DNA of 64,000 nt from Gnetum montanum. Lineage: Eukaryota; Plantae; Gnetophyta. A program made the position numbers and the translations under genes. The stretch spans positions 305,926-369,925 of the forward strand of contig MNCI01002294.1 of NCBI GenBank assembly GCA_015680685.1. Reading direction: 5' to 3'. Of this stretch, positions 51,822-64,000 are shown one piece after another; position 1 is the first letter of the stretch; each line of letters starts with the position of its first letter. The notes beneath the pieces are model-generated. The model ran no database searches. It saw nothing but the letters and a program-made list of their open reading frames with translations, and was not told the origin of the DNA.

Positions 51822-54800
51822 ACTAGGATTAGGCTTCTCCATAAGAACTATACTGAGATTACTCCCCAAGAAAGCCTTGGAATGGATTTGAAGCCTCAGC
51901 CACTACTAAGACTAACCTCCCAGCCACCCATCCACAACATGTTAAATCTAGTAAACCCTAATGCCAAAATTGAAAATTGGATGCTAACATTATAAGGTAT
52001 CAAGCACCAAAGAAATCCAACACTCATAACAAAATAAGCTATTTTGGGTAACTATGTTGGTTAAGAGCCCAAATACACTAGCCAACATAGTTCCATGGGG
52101 GATGAGAATTCCCACCACTAGCTAGGCTTTTAATCAACTTAGAAATGGACACACCAAGCCCCAAACCCTAGCTAGAGCCTTTAGAATCTTTATAATTCCT
52201 TAATAACTATCAAAAAATGTCAAAAATCATTGATTCTAGGGGAACCACGCTGGAGGGCACTAGAGCTACATTGGCCAGCATAGTCCCAGTGTAGCTTACT
52301 AACATTTGGTTATAAAAAGCCTCAAATAACATTCAAAGTGGCACATTTTAATCTTCACACCTCCCCAAAGTCTTCAATAATCCTGAAATGTCAAACAATT
52401 GAAGAAAAACAAGTCAAACCCTACTCCAACCTTGGAACTACACTAAGCATGATTCCAACTACTCTAACTAGCATAGCTAGCATAGTTCCCTTAAATAAAT
52501 TTTAAAAGTAGGTCATTAAAATGTCAAAGATGCATTATCTTAACCCCAAAACCCTGTTGGGGCCTTTAGAGTCTACCAAACCCTAGAAATTAAGTCAAAA
52601 TGGTTAAAATTCATCATCTTTCCCTCATCCATGCTGGGACTACGTTGGCCAATGTAGTCCAAGGGGGTATGATAATTTCAAAGCTTAAATAACCTGAAAA
52701 ATTGATAATTTTAAGCCTAAAATTGTAGCCATGAGCATCAATGATCTTGAGAACCCAAGAACTTAGTCAGTTGATCACCAAAACTCATAAAGAATCAGGA
52801 TTTAGGTGCAACTACACTAAGGTATGCTAGAGCCATGCTAGCCAGCATGGCTCCAGCATAGTTGTGATTCTAGGATGATTTTACTAGCATCACAACACTT
52901 AAAATGGTCTAAAAATTAATTAGGGAAGTCTAGAACCTTGAAACTTTGAAGCTAGCTACAATTCAATCTTATTTTATCCATTAGAAGCTATGTTTTATCA
53001 ATTCATGCTGAGGCCATCATGAACTACAATGGCCAATGTAGCTCTAGGTGGATGGTGTCAAAATTTACTTTCAAAAATCTATTTTGGCCTTTGAAGAGTG
53101 ATTCACAACCCTAATGCCCCTACGCTACCCTAGGAAGCTAATGGAACATAGATTTCAACCTTAAGACATCATAAATCCACTTTTTCCAAGGACTACGCTA
53201 GAGCCATGCTGGCTAGCATAGTCCCAGTGTAGTTGACTATCCTTGATAGCATTTGTTACTTCCAAAGGATTAAACCAATGCCAAAGTTGATCAATCTTCA
53301 CACCTAATCCACTACACTAAAAATACATGCCATCAAAACTCCAAAAATGGCCATAACAACTCTTGAATCTCACATTTTGGCAAGAACCATGCTAGGGCTT
53401 ACCAAAGCTACACTAGCCAGTGGATTCCTAGCATGCCTCCAACGTAGTTGCAAAAATAAGCTTCATTTTTTCCTTCAAATAACCTTAAAATGACCTTTCC
53501 TAGGCTTCTAGACTCCTCCATCAACCCTGTAGCCTTCTACCATGGCTCACTAAGACCTAAAACTGGCAAAATGTGATTCTAATTAACCAATACTGATAAT
53601 TTTTTCCTCCTTGATTAGTTTTACCTTGTTCCATTAACTTTAAACTTATTTTAACCTTGTTTCCCATTATTAACCTTGATTGTTAGAACATTTGATATCA
53701 TGTGGCCTCATTTTCATCATTTTAGCATTATTTGATCATAACTTCACCAAATGTTTCTATCATTTGGGTATCATTTGACTTTAGTTAACTTGATTTAACA
53801 TCAGCTAATACCATTTGGCATTAGCATGACCTTGTTTGATCCTTTAGAAACATCATGAAGGATCCCTTAGTCAAAATTCCCATCTAAGCCATGATGGTAA
53901 GGAGAAAATAATTGGGGGCAAGTTCCTTGCCAAAACTTAAGCCTACTCATGAAACATTAAAGCCATCACATAGCCCTAATTACATCTAACATTCATATTT
54001 TCTTGTAGTGTTGTTTACCATTGTTGATAGGTTGTAATGAATGAGCAATGTTGATGACTCTAATGGTCTACAATAAGTGAGCCTATATTCTCTATCTCTC
54101 TCTCTTCTTTTTTGGAATGATGAATGAACTACAAAACTTTGTAAATTAGATGTACATCACATAGATCTCTCCATGCTATAAAAATAGTGACCTATGGTGA
54201 CCTGGTTTATTAGTTGTCTCATGTGGCCTTATGCATTATCTTATAACAACATGTTTGCTTGGTCTTGTTTCATTGTTCTCTTAGAGTTGTGCTTACAGGA
54301 CAAAGCCTAAAGTCATTACAAGGGTGCAACTAATCATAGAAACTAGTTACCATGTGACCTTGGTGCATGATATTTAGTTGGCTTATTCTACTATACCAAG
54401 AGTGCTTATTTCACATCAATGTCATTATCCCTTCTTGAGCCCAACCCTATAGCCTAATTATAGCCTTCCTTATCTTGAACAACAATGATGACTGATGTTT
54501 GACACTTATGCATTATGCCCATGTGACATCTCCTTTGTTGCATGTAACACATCCCACTTGATGGGAAAACCAAAGCAATCCTTACCTTGCTAATGAAACC
54601 CAATGAAGATTTCAACTCAAGAAAAAATGGAAAATAAAATTGCCAAGAAGTTGAAAGGTCAATGAAGACTAAAAGACAAATCAATTACTCCAAACAAACA
54701 AAGGGAGGAGCCTAGCAGCTAGAGAAATCTTGAAGTGAAGTGTTGCTTTCACATAAACATTACCTAGTGGCCAACACTTCAAAAAAAGAAGTACAAAGAC

Positions 54801-56530
54801 CACATCAATTAGCCAAAGTATCACTTCCATACCATTACCATGATGTTAATATTTGGAACTCATTGTTAATCCTATGACCACTCCCTTGTGACCAAGTATA
54901 GTCTTTAACATCTATCGCCTTACCATAACCTTATTTCATTATCACAAGTGCTCTTTGGCATGGTTTAATAGCTACTAAATCAAGTGCAGAGAGGAAGCAT
55001 TGGTGACAGACCTGCAGTGGTGTTTTGTGATCTTTGTCGATGCCTCTCAAGTCAACCCTCTATACATCAATAAACAGATGCTAATGAAACACCACCAAAA
55101 AAATTCATGTTGCAACTTTTTGGAATTGTAAGCTTCACCAATATACTTAAGGCTACAATGTTATTATAAAATGTAAGGTTTTGTAGTCCATGAGCTACAA
55201 TCTCACATGAACTTTTTGGGGCTGAAAAATCCCTCAAAAGTTATTATAGCCTCACTTCCCAAGTGGATAAAGTCATGTCATGTCTATATTTGGACTTGGG
55301 AAGGTTGAAAATGCCTTGGGAATTGCCAAATTTTGTGTTTTAATTGGTTTTATTTTTTTCATAGCCAAAACTATGCTAGAACCACCTACATCCAATGTTG
55401 GAGTTATTGGGTTTTCATTTTCCTAGCATTGGCCAATGTAGTTACCATAGCTCCCAACGTGGTTCCACAAAGCCAATGTTGGAGTGGTTGGGATTTTTAT
55501 TATTCTAGTAATGGCCAGTGTGGATGCCACAATGCTAGCATGATTCCACAAGGCCAACATAGTTCCAGCAATGCTAGCATAGCTTTCCAAGGCCAATGTA
55601 GTTGGGTGAAGCTAGTGTAGTCTACAAAAGTCCATTTACCATTTATGGTATCCAGCATAGTTTTGATGGCCTGGGTGCATCAAAACTTACAAGAAGTGGA
55701 CAATTATGTTGGAAATGATGCCTACCACACCTACAAATTACATCAATCTCTCAGTAATCATGGAGAAAATCTCCAACAAAAAAATAGCAACTGTATGATC
55801 CATAAAAGCAAATTTTAAATACATTGAATAGGGGGTTATTTTTTGGCATTATTAAATTCTACAACTTGGGAAACCTTAAGTACTTGAGACCTTTTGGAAT
55901 TTTGTGAGACTTCTGGAATAAACTGGCAACTACGTAAGCATTAAAGACTCTTAGCATAGTACCATTGCAATAAAAATTCAAGCACATTTCTTTACCCCCT
56001 GGTAACCAATGTTGCAAATCCAAGCTAAGAACCACTAAAGAGTTTTACCAGTTGAAACTAGGAAGTGTCTAGATTATGGGACTAACTACAAAATAGAACT
56101 TACCAACTTCAATAGGCTTCAAGATTCATCCATGCAATTCCTTATGCATTTGGGCACACAATTTGTACACTATTGAACTTTATACTTTGAATATTCTATT
56201 ATTTTAAGGAAGTTTATAATTCATTCATTGTGCAAGCTTATTTTAAGGATAATTTCTATGCATTTTCTTAGATTAGATCTGTATTATCATTTAAATTATT
56301 TACCCTATTTACATTTCCAAGGTCCCCAGATGATCGACAAGATCGTCTAGGGCACCTTGGATCCTCTTTCTCGAAGGCCCTTGGGATCTAGGATTAAACT
56401 GTTCCACTTAAAATTTTTCATTTTCTAGAAATTGAATTTTTTAGGTATTACAAAATACCTATTTTTTAATTGGTTGGAAATGGAATTGTAATTCACTCTA
56501 CTCAAAGCTAATGCATGATTCTTCTAATGG
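51822..56530 (+). mobile_element. 3' region and truncated LTR (from 55085) of another Ogre-like copy
   Basis: ~54200-55095 is homologous to ~380-1490; TGAAACACCAC at 55085; 55085-~56530 is the diverged reverse complement of ~50290-51821. Confidence 0.6.
52073..53425. repeat. Eight decayed copies of an 18-bp palindrome (consensus CTACGCTGGCCAGCGTAG) at ~190-bp spacing
   Basis: Copies start at 52073, 52266, 52459, 52640, 52833, 53024, 53204 and 53408; spacings are 193, 193, 181, 193, 191, 180 and 204 bp. Confidence 0.8.
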
Positions 56531-56879
56531 TTTGGTTCCTAATTGGCTTCATGGTTTGAGTGTTCATTTGCTTTGCTAAAGAATCTTCTTTCCTATAGGA
56601 TTATATCATTGTTGTAATTGCTAATTTAGGATTCATCCTTCTTATTATATAAATTACCAAAATTTGCCTAGAAAAACATTCATGAACTTTATTATATTCA
56701 TTCATGTTAACATATTTTTTTGTTTATCTGCTTTAGGCATCCAATCTTTTTAATCATAAAACTTTATATTCTAGACTATACTAAGGTTAATATTTAAGTT
56801 ATAAACAAATGTTAATGTAAAAATGTATACTTGGAAGGGTAATTTTGTTAGTTTCTTATACACAAACTAAATGGGTCAA

Positions 56880-57143
56880 TAACCTATGGGAAGTTTTCAT
56901 GTGAATCGATAAATCTATAAGGCATCATTTAACTTCATCTCTAATCTTTCAGATACTTGCTAATTATCTTATCTATAATATATATAAATTTTTTATTTGT
57001 GGTCTCAACTTGATAATTTTTTTAAAGAATCATAAGGTGTTGTAGATTTATGCCCAACTATAAGACATTGCATCAATTTCTTAAAGATAGACCATATAAA
57101 ATAGGTACCATTGTTTGAAATAAGTATCCTAGGCATGTCAAAC
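56880..57143 (-). pseudogene. Gypsy integrase core, part downstream of the element D insertion
   Basis: FDMPRILISNNGTYF...HKSTTPY...QVETTNK. Confidence 0.75.
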
Positions 57144-60100
57144 CATGACATCCCATTCCTAGATATCATGGAAAACATCAAATATATATTATATTAGACA
57201 TTATGCGTAAGAAGATAACATAGCAAATGTCAAATATATGTAACATTTGATATTATGTGTAAAGAAAATAATAGGGAAAATGTTGAAGGAAAAAGAAAAG
57301 AATGTTTTATTGATATAAAAAATGTATCTCAATTATGCTCTGGGCGTTTCTTAGGATTATCTTCCTTCCTTCATCATCTATCCCTTAGTTTCAATCTAGC
57401 ACTGCCACCATGATTAGGCCTCTCACCAGCAAGAAGGGATGGCTAGCCCTCTTCCTATCTCGCTTCACCGAGCACTTGTTACTTACCTTTACCAGCTCTG
57501 CAACTCCATGCTGATATGACCTCCAATACCTAGATATAAATACCCTAGGTAAAATCCCCAAATGTCACCTTAAGAAACATGTTCGTTATTACAACACATG
57601 TTTTTTATCTTAATTATAACTTGCCCCTTCAAGTCTTGTTATGATAATTACATTAGTAGTTATGTAGAGACATCATCTTCGTTATGCAGTGACATCATTT
57701 GAAAATAAAGGCATTACAATCTACCTCCCTTAGATTTCATTCATCCTCAAAGGAGTCCAAGTTCATGATCTTTTTCTAACTCAAATGCTCCTTTTATGCT
57801 CCTATGCTGCAATAATTTTATTTTTCCTTTGGACTTTAAGTTGTATATCCTAATGTTATCTTGCTTATTTTGCAAACAAAATATATGTGAGAAGAATATA
57901 TGAGAATTTAAATATTATTTTATTAATACTTACCTCATTCCCTAAAATAATGATAGGAGGTAAACTAAAGACCTACCAATCACCAATCACAAGTCCTAAC
58001 TAGGATCACACAAAGTGAAACTCATATCTAGTTACCCAATTGAAGGTGGGGCAAATGTTTATTTTCAACTTATATCACCTTAGATATTTTATTTACCTAA
58101 TTAAAATATAAGTTAAAAATGAATAAACTAATAAGATTATAAATAAAAGTAAGGTTAAGCTACTTCCTAATCTCAATCAATCTTTCTGATCAATGAAAGT
58201 AGTTGTAGTTCTACCATAAGTGGTATATGATCAAAAGGTCTTTTTCAAGATGGAAGGGCTTGATCTTGCTTCTTTTCAACTCCTTCTTTAGAATTTAACT
58301 CTAGCAACTTGGTAACTTGGAAGAATTGAACATCATAGCAACTATAGTCTAGAGTCTTAATGAAAAATGTTGCTATCCATCTTCGTTAGTCATGACAATA
58401 TAATTAGCAAACTATTATTCTTGATAAATTCTATCCAACACCATCTATTATTTAATTTTAGAATTCAACTTATCTATTGAAGATTCAAAGTAAGCAAAAT
58501 ATGTACTTACCAATGGAATTACATGTTGAATGGATAGAAACATCTTTTTCAAATCATATTCCTCTTCCAAAGATTCATTTTACGCATCCATATTTTAAGA
58601 ACTACGAAACACAACTTTTATCTTTTGCATTAGAGTCTTCATAGATGATGAATGGGATTGGATTGATATTAGTGTGGCTTAGAAATAACATATTCTTCAA
58701 GCTTTCCTCTACTTGCTTAATCGAGTATTATCCATATTTTAAGAACTACTAAACACAACTTTTATATTTTGCATTAGAGTCTTGATAGATGATGAATGGG
58801 ATTGGATTGATATTAGTGTGGCCTAGAAATAACATATTCTTCAAGCTTTCTTCTACTTGCTTAATCAAGTATGCCACTTGACAAAGTATAACATTTGGGC
58901 ATGTTGATTTGATAATTAAATGTTTATTAACCACACATACATATCTTTTTGACTACATTTTGACTATCCTGCAAAGGTTATGTAACTTCTTTAGAATCTT
59001 GATTATTCTTTCTTTTTCATGAATTATAGTTCTAGAATTTCAAAGATCATATATTCTAAGTTCCACTTAAATCTGTATACCAATTCAAACTTGGCTTGTT
59101 TACAAAAGATCACATAACCATCCATGTTGTGATTTCTGCAATATGCTAATTTGTATGGCTTTAAAAAAAGCTTTCACAAAAAATACTTTTTTGCTTATAA
59201 ATACCTGTGTATCTCGTCTATTCCAAGTTCAATTAAAATTGATATAGGAATTTCCATGGCAAGACTTCTTGTAGGTACAAGACATTAGCATCCAAATCTT
59301 GTAACTTTGCTAAGATATATGGGCATTAATACTCATGTTAGTCCAAGACCCATGATGGACATAGCGAATGTTGTCTTTCATTGGCTAGGGTTCTTGCAAG
59401 CACATTGTATATTGCAACTTTCATTCTTATTCTTGGATTCTCTCCTAGGTCATTTCTCTTCATGGGTATCATACACCTTTCCAGTACAAGATTATGATTT
59501 TCCATGATGTTTATATTGTATGATTTTCTTATAGGTTGAATAGGTATACATCTTTATGATCATTTCGATTCATAACCTAATGGTCTAACTCACTAATTAA
59601 TTCATTAGATTGATAGCAATTAATTACATTACCTAGACTTCTAACAACCTTTCTACTTCCCATAAAGACACTGACTCTGATAGTGTAACTAATGATACAC
59701 TAGGGATTAGTAAGCTAAAGCTATATATCATCATAGGCTAAGCATTTAATATTAAGATCCAAGATTGTCCAAGAGGTTAAATTTATTACTCCAAACAATT
59801 AAATTATTAGGCATGGTTAGTTATATAAGTTATGGTTTCTTAAGATACAGTTTAAGATATCATTAAATTATCAAGTACCCAAATGATAAATTTGACCTCA
59901 CCATTGAGTTCAAAAGGATGAAAAATATCAAGTATGACTATCCATATGTTAGAAATGGACATCATATGTCCAAGTTATGCTAAAATGAGTTTTTGAGGGT
60001 CTTAAGGCATCCTATTGGGCAACAAGTGAAAACTAATTTTTGAAGATCAATGGCATAGATCTAACTTCACAATTGCATCCACAAGGTTAAAATTTGTAGG

Positions 60101-62468
60101 AAACAACCCTTTGTTCACTAAAAAAGATTTCTAGAATCAAAAGTTATGGCTTTTGAATTGGAAAATGAGACTTTCTAAGACGTCATCCATCCCAATACTA
60201 CTCCTCAATGAGCACGTTTAATGACAAAATTTTTATTGTAATTTCTACCAATATGCAAAATTACCTTTTTGAATAATTTTTCCATGTTTTTAAATTACCA
60301 TCCTTTTTTAACGTGTTTTGAAATTTTCATTAGTTCAAGGAAAATTTAAATTTTCCTATCAGGCTGATGGCACCGGTGGATACGAATGGAAACTAGGGAG
60401 GCGAGAATAATGGTGTTAGTGGACACTGTACTGGCAAGCAGCGACGACACCAGTAGTCTCCGTCGACAAGTGCGAAGGCGAAGAATGACGGCGTCAGCGG
60501 ATACCATAGTGATAGGCAAGTGGGCAGCTGAAGATGAGGTCTCCGGAAACATGATGAAAAATGCGGAGAAAGGCACTGGACAATAGAAAACAAGGATTTT
60601 TATACATAGCCAATGGTACCGGGCGTAGCGGCCATGGTAGCTACGGTGCGTGACCCTGTAAGGGGCTGTGCGATGTCCTTAGCCAAAGGAGGTTTACGAC
60701 ATGGAGCAATTTAAGGCAAGGTTGTGGGCTTGATTCTCATCCCCAAATTTTAATATTGTGTGGTTGTTTTTTTTTTTTTTTTTCTTAAATGTATTACAAT
60801 TTTATTCCACCTACTCTAGCGATTGATGCAATGGTTCAACAGATGACAAGGTAAGGATAGGTTGGGTGAGGGGAGATTTTTGGTTTGATTCCTGATCCTG
60901 AAATTTTAACTTTTTTTAAATATATAACTTTAATAATTTATTAATTTATTTTTTAAATAGGCACTCATAGTGAAAAAAATTGAATGGTGATATCTCCTAA
61001 ACCATGAGATCAATTAAGATGAAATTTGTCCTATTTGAATCATCTTGATGAGTACTACACCTTGGGTATGGTTTAAATGGCTAAAAGCTAAATTGGATTT
61101 TCAATAAATTAAGAGGACCAAAATAGCCTATTTTTCCAAATTGACATTATTATGTTGATGTATGGATGATTTAAGGGCTTCTAGTATGACTTGATTTTAA
61201 TTATAAATGATATACCAATCATGATTATATCCTAGTGAGGTACTAAGGTGAAGATTATGACAACATCATTCACTAAGTATTGGTTTCCTTATGGATCTCA
61301 TGTTTATAACCCTTATTGGTTAAGTATAAATGAGACAATCATATGGCTAGGTTGACCTCCTTAAACTTACTAGTAGCTTTACAAGAGTTAGCTAAGAATA
61401 GATAACATCAAGTTACAAGGGCCAGGTATTTAGGGATAATAAGTTCAAAATAAGACAAGATTGACTTAGGCCATGGTTACTAGCCTTCTGGGATGAACTT
61501 AACAATGACCTTAATCAATTAATATTCTAGCATCACTACAAGAGGGGTAAGAGTTACCTAGACCAATGTATTCTTCTCTTACCAATGTCTCTTGCACTTG
61601 ATGAATCTCAGTAAATTGTATTTGGATCTCCTAGTCATTGATATCCATAAAGAAAATCTTATTGATTGGTGGAATCTATCTTGGACATGATACACGTTCA
61701 TGATTCTCTCTTAGAAGTATGGTCCCAAACTCTATTGTTCATGAAAAGTCTCTTGAAGGATAACTTCTCACTTATTTGGATCATCTCAAACATTAGGCAC
61801 ATCTGGTAGTGGTTCATGATTCTTTCTAGATTGTGGCTACCTATTTTTCATTGCATCACATTAGCTCTTGGTTCTAGTTGGCCCTTGGATTGTGGTTTGC
61901 TCTGATACCAAATATGACATCCCATTCCTAGATGTCATGGCAAACATCAAATATACATTATTCATAAGAAGATAACAGAGCAAACATCAAATATATGTAA
62001 TATTTGACATTATGTGTAAAGAAAATAATAGGGAAAATGTAGAAGGAAAAAGGAAATAATTCTTTATTAATGTGGAAAACATCTGAGTCATTTTATGGAT
62101 GTTCTTTTGGGTTATCTTCCTTCATCATCTATCCCTTAGAGGCAATCTAGCACTTCCATCACAACTAGGCCTCTCACCAACTAGAAGGGATGGCCAGTCC
62201 TCTTGCTGTTCCACTTCACCCAACACCTGTTACTCATCTTTATCAACTCCACAACTTCATGCTACTATAGCCTCTAATGTTTGGGTATAAATACCTTAGG
62301 TTAAACCCCAAAGATCATCTCAAAAGTCATGTTTGTTATTAAAATCATCTTTTTAGGTCCTAATTACAACATTCCCTTTCAAGTCTTGTTGCAATAATCA
62401 TATCAATAGTTATGAAGAGAGACCATCTTCATTATGTAGCGGCACCATTTAGAAATGGGAACATTCCA
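57144..62468 (-). mobile_element. Non-autonomous Met-primed LTR element (family D)
   Basis: LTRs 57144-57718 and 61913-62468; PBS TGGTATCAGAGC (tRNA-iMet) on - at 61899-61910; PPT AAGGGAGGTAGAT on - at ~57719-57732; perfect TSD CAAAC (57139-57143, 62469-62473); no recognisable RT. Confidence 0.92.
58586..58872. repeat. 2 x ~144-bp tandem duplication inside element D
   Basis: ATCCATATTTTAAGAACTAC...GCTTAATC(G/A)AGTAT starts at 58586 and 58730. Confidence 0.92.
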
Positions 62469-62760
62469 CAAACCTTTTCGCCATGAGTTGTAAGAAGAAT
62501 TTTACTATTGTATCCATAGTATGATCTATTAGTTTAATTGCTTCTATCCACTTAAAGTAGTAGTCCATAACGATAATGATGTAGGACTTCTTCTTGAACA
62601 TGGACATGATGGAGCCTATGAAATTAATTTAAATAGATGAAATAGTTCTAATGGTTGGACCCTTTATCAGGATTCTTCAAATTATGTAGTTAATCCATCA
62701 TCATGTTGGCATTGCTCATAGGATTATGCAAAGTAATTGTGAATTTCTCATCTAAAAAAT
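62469..62760 (-). pseudogene. Gypsy integrase core, part upstream of the element D insertion
   Basis: CEQCQ...INFIGS...MDYYFKWIEAI...IVKFF; continues into 57143 once element D is removed. Confidence 0.75.
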
Positions 62761-63399
62761 TCCACATTTTTTTTATCTTAGTCATAATTTTTGAAATGGA
62801 TTTTGGAATTGGAAGAGTTTTGATTTAAATTACCTATTTCATAGAATCTTTTTCTTCATGTAGACCATAGGCATAGACATCCCTATTATGAATGGATGGA
62901 TCCTTGTTGTACTCTTCTAGACTTTTTCTCTTTTTATGTTCTTTTTTCTTCTTAGTCATCTCGTCAATGAGCTTTTGAATATGATGAATTGACATTTTAA
63001 AAAATTTTCCCTTAACATAAATTTTAAGAGTCTCACATGTATTGTTCTATAACTCATATATGATATGCCTCAATTATTTCCATTAAGAGGAGCCATGGCT
63101 TGAACATCTATGTTATAGTGAATAGTATTTGTTCAAGGCCATATCCAGGGATACATGGCTTTTTTGTCTACTTCATTGGATATGTTTCCTTAATTTGAAT
63201 ACTCAAGATTAGGTTTAGTACTTATCATTAAAGATTTTTAACATTGTACTCCACCTTCAAATGAAGTTTATTTTGATGGATCTATACTAGCTTTTAGCCT
63301 TTTTGATTTGTATTCTTGAGAATATCTTGAGATGTTTTCATTTATTTTCAATAATATGAAAGATGTAGAAATCATGAAAGGCTTGGAGATGATTTTTCA

Positions 63400-63610
63400 A
63401 ATCTACATTATAGCATTAGCTTGAAGTTGCACTTCAGTTTAATCGACAACATGATTGTCATTAGGAAAATAGTTTCGAAGAAAGAACACATGAACGACAT
63501 CATGTATGCTCAAAAGATATAAAGATAAACTCATGGGATATGATACCTCTCATATGTACTAAAGCATATTAAATGACCTAATGTAAAAAAGGTGCAAGCT
63601 TGTCTTTCTA
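63400..63610 (-). pseudogene. Chromovirus (Tekay-like) integrase C-terminal GPY/F remnant
   Basis: KLAP.YIRSFNML*YI*EVSYPMSLSLYLLSIHDVVHVFFLRNY resembles KLSPRYIGPF..EVAYRLxLP..IHDVFHVSxLRKY; one frameshift. Confidence 0.7.
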
Positions 63611-63798
63611 ATCAAAATGCATTAAGACCTTTTGTAGAGAGATGTGAATGAACATCTTGTCATCACCTATGAACTTAAGTGATATCTTCCTATGATTTAC
63701 ATAGCTATCTTGATCATCTTGGGTTGTTTTAAGAAACTCACAAATCTTCTTAATCTAATTGAACATGTCTAAAGCTATATCTAAATCAATTTGCTATC

Positions 63799-64000
63799 TG
63801 ATGAGTGGCGAGGTACCCCTACACTCAACCATACGAATACGAGCGTGCACGCGCGATCCGGTCGAACTTTGCAGACTAAATGCCTTAACGCCACAAGAAA
63901 CACTTGGGGTTAATCGTTCGTTGTCTTCCCAGGCTTGCTTGTAAGTGTCACGGTGTATGGTTAAGCAAGTCTGAGGTATGTGATTTTTTTGGTATTTTTG
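63799..64000 (-). mobile_element. 3' end of an Athila-like (A/B family) LTR running out of the window
   Basis: Reverse complement of ...GACCGGATCGCGCGTG...GGTTGAGTGTAGGGGTACCTCGCCACTCATCA; no PBS follows, so it is a 3' or solo LTR. Confidence 0.88.

Noticed and set aside
60346-60593. Overlapping 66-76 aa ORFs as a captured gene
   Set aside because: No recognisable domain; such ORFs are expected in a short GC-rich island.
63798-63850. Hammerhead ribozyme core CTGATGAG
   Set aside because: It is the LTR terminus TGATGAGT plus a flanking C, with no stem II followed by GAAA.

Overview
Eukaryotic plant nuclear DNA from a gapped, scaffold-level assembly (N runs at 4280-4426, 19787-20273, 23221-23564 and 27949-28148; single-N joins at 14865, 17480 and 51480). 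A gymnosperm-like host is inferred only from the Tat-lineage domain order. There is one intact host gene, a histone H2A.Z (HTA9-like) on the minus strand, with coding exons at 10827-10714 and 9042-8740 (138 aa). Next to it is a CpG-retaining patch of gene debris: a PLS-class PPR fragment (-) and the first MATH domain of an At2g25320-type TRAF-like gene (+). A rearranged tandem duplication follows (14087-17630 / 17631-~22420). Nearly everything else is nested, decayed LTR retrotransposons: (i) a Copia remnant; (ii) two copies of a pol-less Athila-like element that keeps gag and ORF2 (full copy 22088-28462, TSD AATGG); (iii) a Tat element with its additional RNase H placed before RT; (iv) an Ogre-like element split by a complete decayed Athila (38439-48261); (v) a Met-primed non-autonomous element (57144-62468, TSD CAAAC) and its solo LTR (28601-29175, TSD TAAAC); (vi) integrase fragments. 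The most unusual non-coding signals are family-specific palindrome arrays, including one spaced at about 190 bp, a conserved-core/unique-spacer array, and a 15-bp inverted repeat bracketing the last H2A.Z exon. All assignments come from manual reading and remembered family motifs; no searches were run.
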